Source of the DNA: Scyliorhinus canicula
Taxonomy: Eukaryota
Assembly: GCF_902713615.1 (NCBI RefSeq)
Contig: NC_052152.1
Location: 149,718,815 to 149,782,814 of the forward strand
Direction of reading: 5' to 3'
Length of the DNA stretch: 64,000 nucleotides
Shown: piece by piece, positions 61,441-64,000 of the stretch
Position numbering within the stretch: the stretch's first letter is position 1
Layout of the letters: every line of letters starts with the position of its first letter
Made by a program: the position numbers and the translations under genes
The notes under the pieces: generated by a model
Seen by the model: only the letters and a program-made list of their open reading frames with translations
What the model was told of the DNA's origin: nothing
Database searches by the model: none

Positions 61441-61710
61441 GGGCGGGCGTGGGAATCGCCGATAATGGGCACAGACTGCACACCACGGCACCAGCCAACC
61501 ACCCTCACCCCCCACCCACCCACCACCAACCACATTCACCCCCCGCCCACCCACCACCAACCACACTAACCCCCCTACCCACGCACCACCAACCACACTA
61601 ACCCACCCCCCCACCCACCCACCACCAACCACACTCACCCCCTCCCCCCCACCCACCCACCACCAACCTCCCCACCCCACCCGCATGCACACCACCCCTC
61701 CATTGCTCAT

Positions 61711-61914
61711 CTACCTGCGGCTCAATGGGCCGGGCTCACACGGTCGCCAGTGGAAGCGTGTGTATTGCAGGCCATGGAAGAAGATGACGATGAGCGATGA
61801 GCTCCTGGCTCTACATCGTTGGACAATGTCTGACCCATGGCCACAGTACCACCCTCCACCTGGACCATCCCTGCATGCGGCCGTGACACTGCAGCACACG
61901 GTCCCGTCCTCTGC
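61711..61914 (-). pseudogene. Putative third Harbinger coding exon, copy C
   Basis: EDGTVCCSVTAACRDGPGGGWYCGHGSDIVQRCRA..LIVIFFHGLQYTRFHWRP. Upstream GAG|GTGAGT donor at 62006. Confidence 0.55.
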
Positions 61915-62116
61915 CCGGGGGGATGGCGAGGGCGACCCGGGGGGAGGGGGGCACACTCACTGGGGCCGACGTAATACCACCCCTCACACACACACTGGGC
62001 ACTCACCTCATACCACACTCCCAGCACGCATCGGGCAGAGCACAAAGGCAGCTTCTGACAGTCCATACACGTGCCCTAGTCCCTATAACTCGTCTGTGCC
62101 CTGCACCCATGCCAAC

Positions 62117-63917
62117 TTACTCAGTGCCTAATTGTTTGGCCGTAACTGCCCGATGACTACGTCTAGGTGGTTCCCCATATGGCACAGAAAATCTGAAGGC
62201 GGACTCCTGTGATTCCTGCCCTGTGACTCGGGATCCCTTTGGCGGCCGTTTCCTGGGGCGACCCGGCCTAGATGGGCCTGCTGAGACTGGGCCACGGCGT
62301 TGAGCATCTCTGCCATCTGCCGTTGGCTCTGGCTCATGGCTTCCTGTGAGAGGCCAGCCATGTCCTGGGCCACAGACGCCGCCTGCACGGAAAGCCCCAG
62401 GCCTTGCATACTGCTCTCCATTTCTGACACCATCGCACCCATTGCCTCCACCGCAGACGCCACCTGTGCGGTTTCGGCCTGGATGGCACGCATGACCGGC
62501 ATCACTCACAACTCCTCGACGCGGGTGCACTCCTCCACCTGCGTCTGCAGCCGCTGCAAGCCAGCTGTCACCCCTTTCGATCGTCCCTGGTTCTGTGACT
62601 GCATCGGGTCTATGGGTGGGTGTGGTAATTCCAGGAACCCGGGACCCGTCTGGGCAGCAGATGGTTGCTTGCGCCGGGATGCCCTCCGACCTCCCGGTTC
62701 CTCAGCTGCTCCCACCTCCACCTGCTGTACCGGTACGGCTGTGCTGTGTGCACCAGTGAGTGTACCAGAAGCCTCATCACTAAAGTGCCCAACCGAGGTG
62801 AGTGTCTCTGCGATGGTGGAGGGTGTTGGAGAAAGCAGTGGCGTTGTGTCGTGCTCATCGTCCGACCCAGAGTCCATGGTCCCCTGGGGTGGCAGTTCCT
62901 GTCCACCCGTCCCCTGTGTGTCGGTGTCCCGGGTAGGGGTGCCCTGGGTAGGGGTGTCCCGGGTAGGTGTGTCCGGGGTAGGGGTGCCCTGGGTAGGGCT
63001 GTCCTGGGTAAGGCTGTCGAGGTTGGGGTGTCCTGGCTCAGCTGCGACGGGTCCTGTGGCTGCCCCCCTCGTCGCTGGGTGTTGCACGCCTGCATCGCCA
63101 CACTTGCATGAGACGGGGGCGTCGCATGCCAGAGGGGCCCAGTCTCTCCCTGTCTCGTGGCCGCCCTGGGCATCCTGCGGGTGGTCGGCAACCGCGGGGA
63201 CGGGTGCCTCGACATTTGGTCCTGCAATACTCAATACAGCAGCATGGTTAGACACGCGGGCGGTGATCGGGGGAGGGGGGATATGGGGGAGGGGGGATAT
63301 GGGGGAGGGGGGATATGGGGGAAGGGGAATAGGCCATGGGGGGTCTCACTTGGTGGTGCGCCCCCGACCTCTGCATCAGCAACCTCATCAGCTGGGCCCC
63401 CTCTGGTCCTCTCACACTCCCTGTTGTGTGCACTTCTCCTGTGGGCGGGCGGCTGGGGGGCAGGGATAAAGGGCAACAGTGTTAGGCAGGGATACATGCA
63501 GGCCAGCGGTTGTGAGTACATTGGCAGAGGTGTACAGCACATTAGGGTTAGGGCTAGGGATAGGGCTAGGGCTAGGGTTAGGGTTTGTGCACCTGTGAAT
63601 GTGCCGCACATGGGGGGTTAGGGTTCGGGTTATTTGCACCTGGGGGTGTGCCACACATTGGAGGGGGGGGGGGGGGTTACACACCTGTCTGCCCTGACAA
63701 GGTCATACACTATCTTGTGGCACAGGGCGCCTGTCCTTGGTGTTACAGCCACAGCGCTGACGGCCTCTGCCACCTCCCTCCACAGGCGCCAGCTGAGGCG
63801 TGGGGCATCCCTTCGGCCATGTCCAGGGTACAGGGCCTCCCTCCTCTGCTCCACTGCATCCAGGAATGCCTCGATGTCGCGCTCCTGGAACCTTGGAGCT
63901 GCACGGTGTGTGGCCAT
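62117..63917 (-). pseudogene. Harbinger Myb/SANT gene (exons ~63917-63685, 63438-63350, 63221-62117)
   Basis: MATHRAAPRFQERDIEAFLDAV..LWREVAEAVSA with canonical acceptors. Exon 2 is 68 nt shorter than the 10651-10807 copy, and there is a frameshift near 62510. Confidence 0.88.
63542..63632 (+). repeat. Telomere-like (TTAGGG/CTAGGG)n tract in Myb intron 1
   Basis: About seven hexamers at 63542-63584 plus GGGTTAGGGTTCGGGTTA. Homologous TAACCCTAACCCTAA at ~10531-10545. Confidence 0.85.
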
Positions 63918-64000
63918 CTTGACGGATCTCTGCGGGGGGGGGGGGGTGGCGTCTTTTGTGCTGTGACGCCACGCATCCGCGGTGGGTGACGCCATCACGA

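Larger units (their letters stand above)
60115..64000. mobile_element. PIF/Harbinger transposon (runs off the window; contains the assembly gap)
   Basis: TIR GGGCGGGATTCTCCG, transposase C-terminus (+) and a three-exon Myb gene (-). Confidence 0.9.

Overview
This is eukaryotic, non-genic or intronic, repeat-saturated DNA. It is most likely from a cartilaginous fish (shark-like), inferred from HE1/V-SINE-like and SacSINE1/Deu-like SINEs, CR1 LINEs and fish-type L1. No intact host gene is recognisable; there are only two candidate minus-strand exons near 37.7-38.8 kb. Contents: (1) a young full-length Gypsy LTR retrotransposon (2874-7251, minus strand, 237-bp LTRs with 4 differences, TSD CCACT) with no tRNA primer-binding site but a fold-back structure suggesting self-priming; (2) three TSD-flanked solo LTRs; (3) several decayed PIF/Harbinger transposons (convergent HARBI1-type transposase and spliced Myb/SANT gene) and many of their MITEs; (4) CR1 and L1 fragments, hAT MITEs and many SINEs; (5) a Penelope-derived palindrome containing a minimal hammerhead ribozyme. 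The most novel-looking signal is a conserved, apparently spliced ~68-codon coding exon, with synonymous-biased divergence, lying between the transposase and Myb genes in three separate Harbinger copies. It may be a third protein module of unknown function. A 100-N assembly gap lies at 61034-61133. All calls are by eye and fragment boundaries are approximate unless TSDs are quoted.
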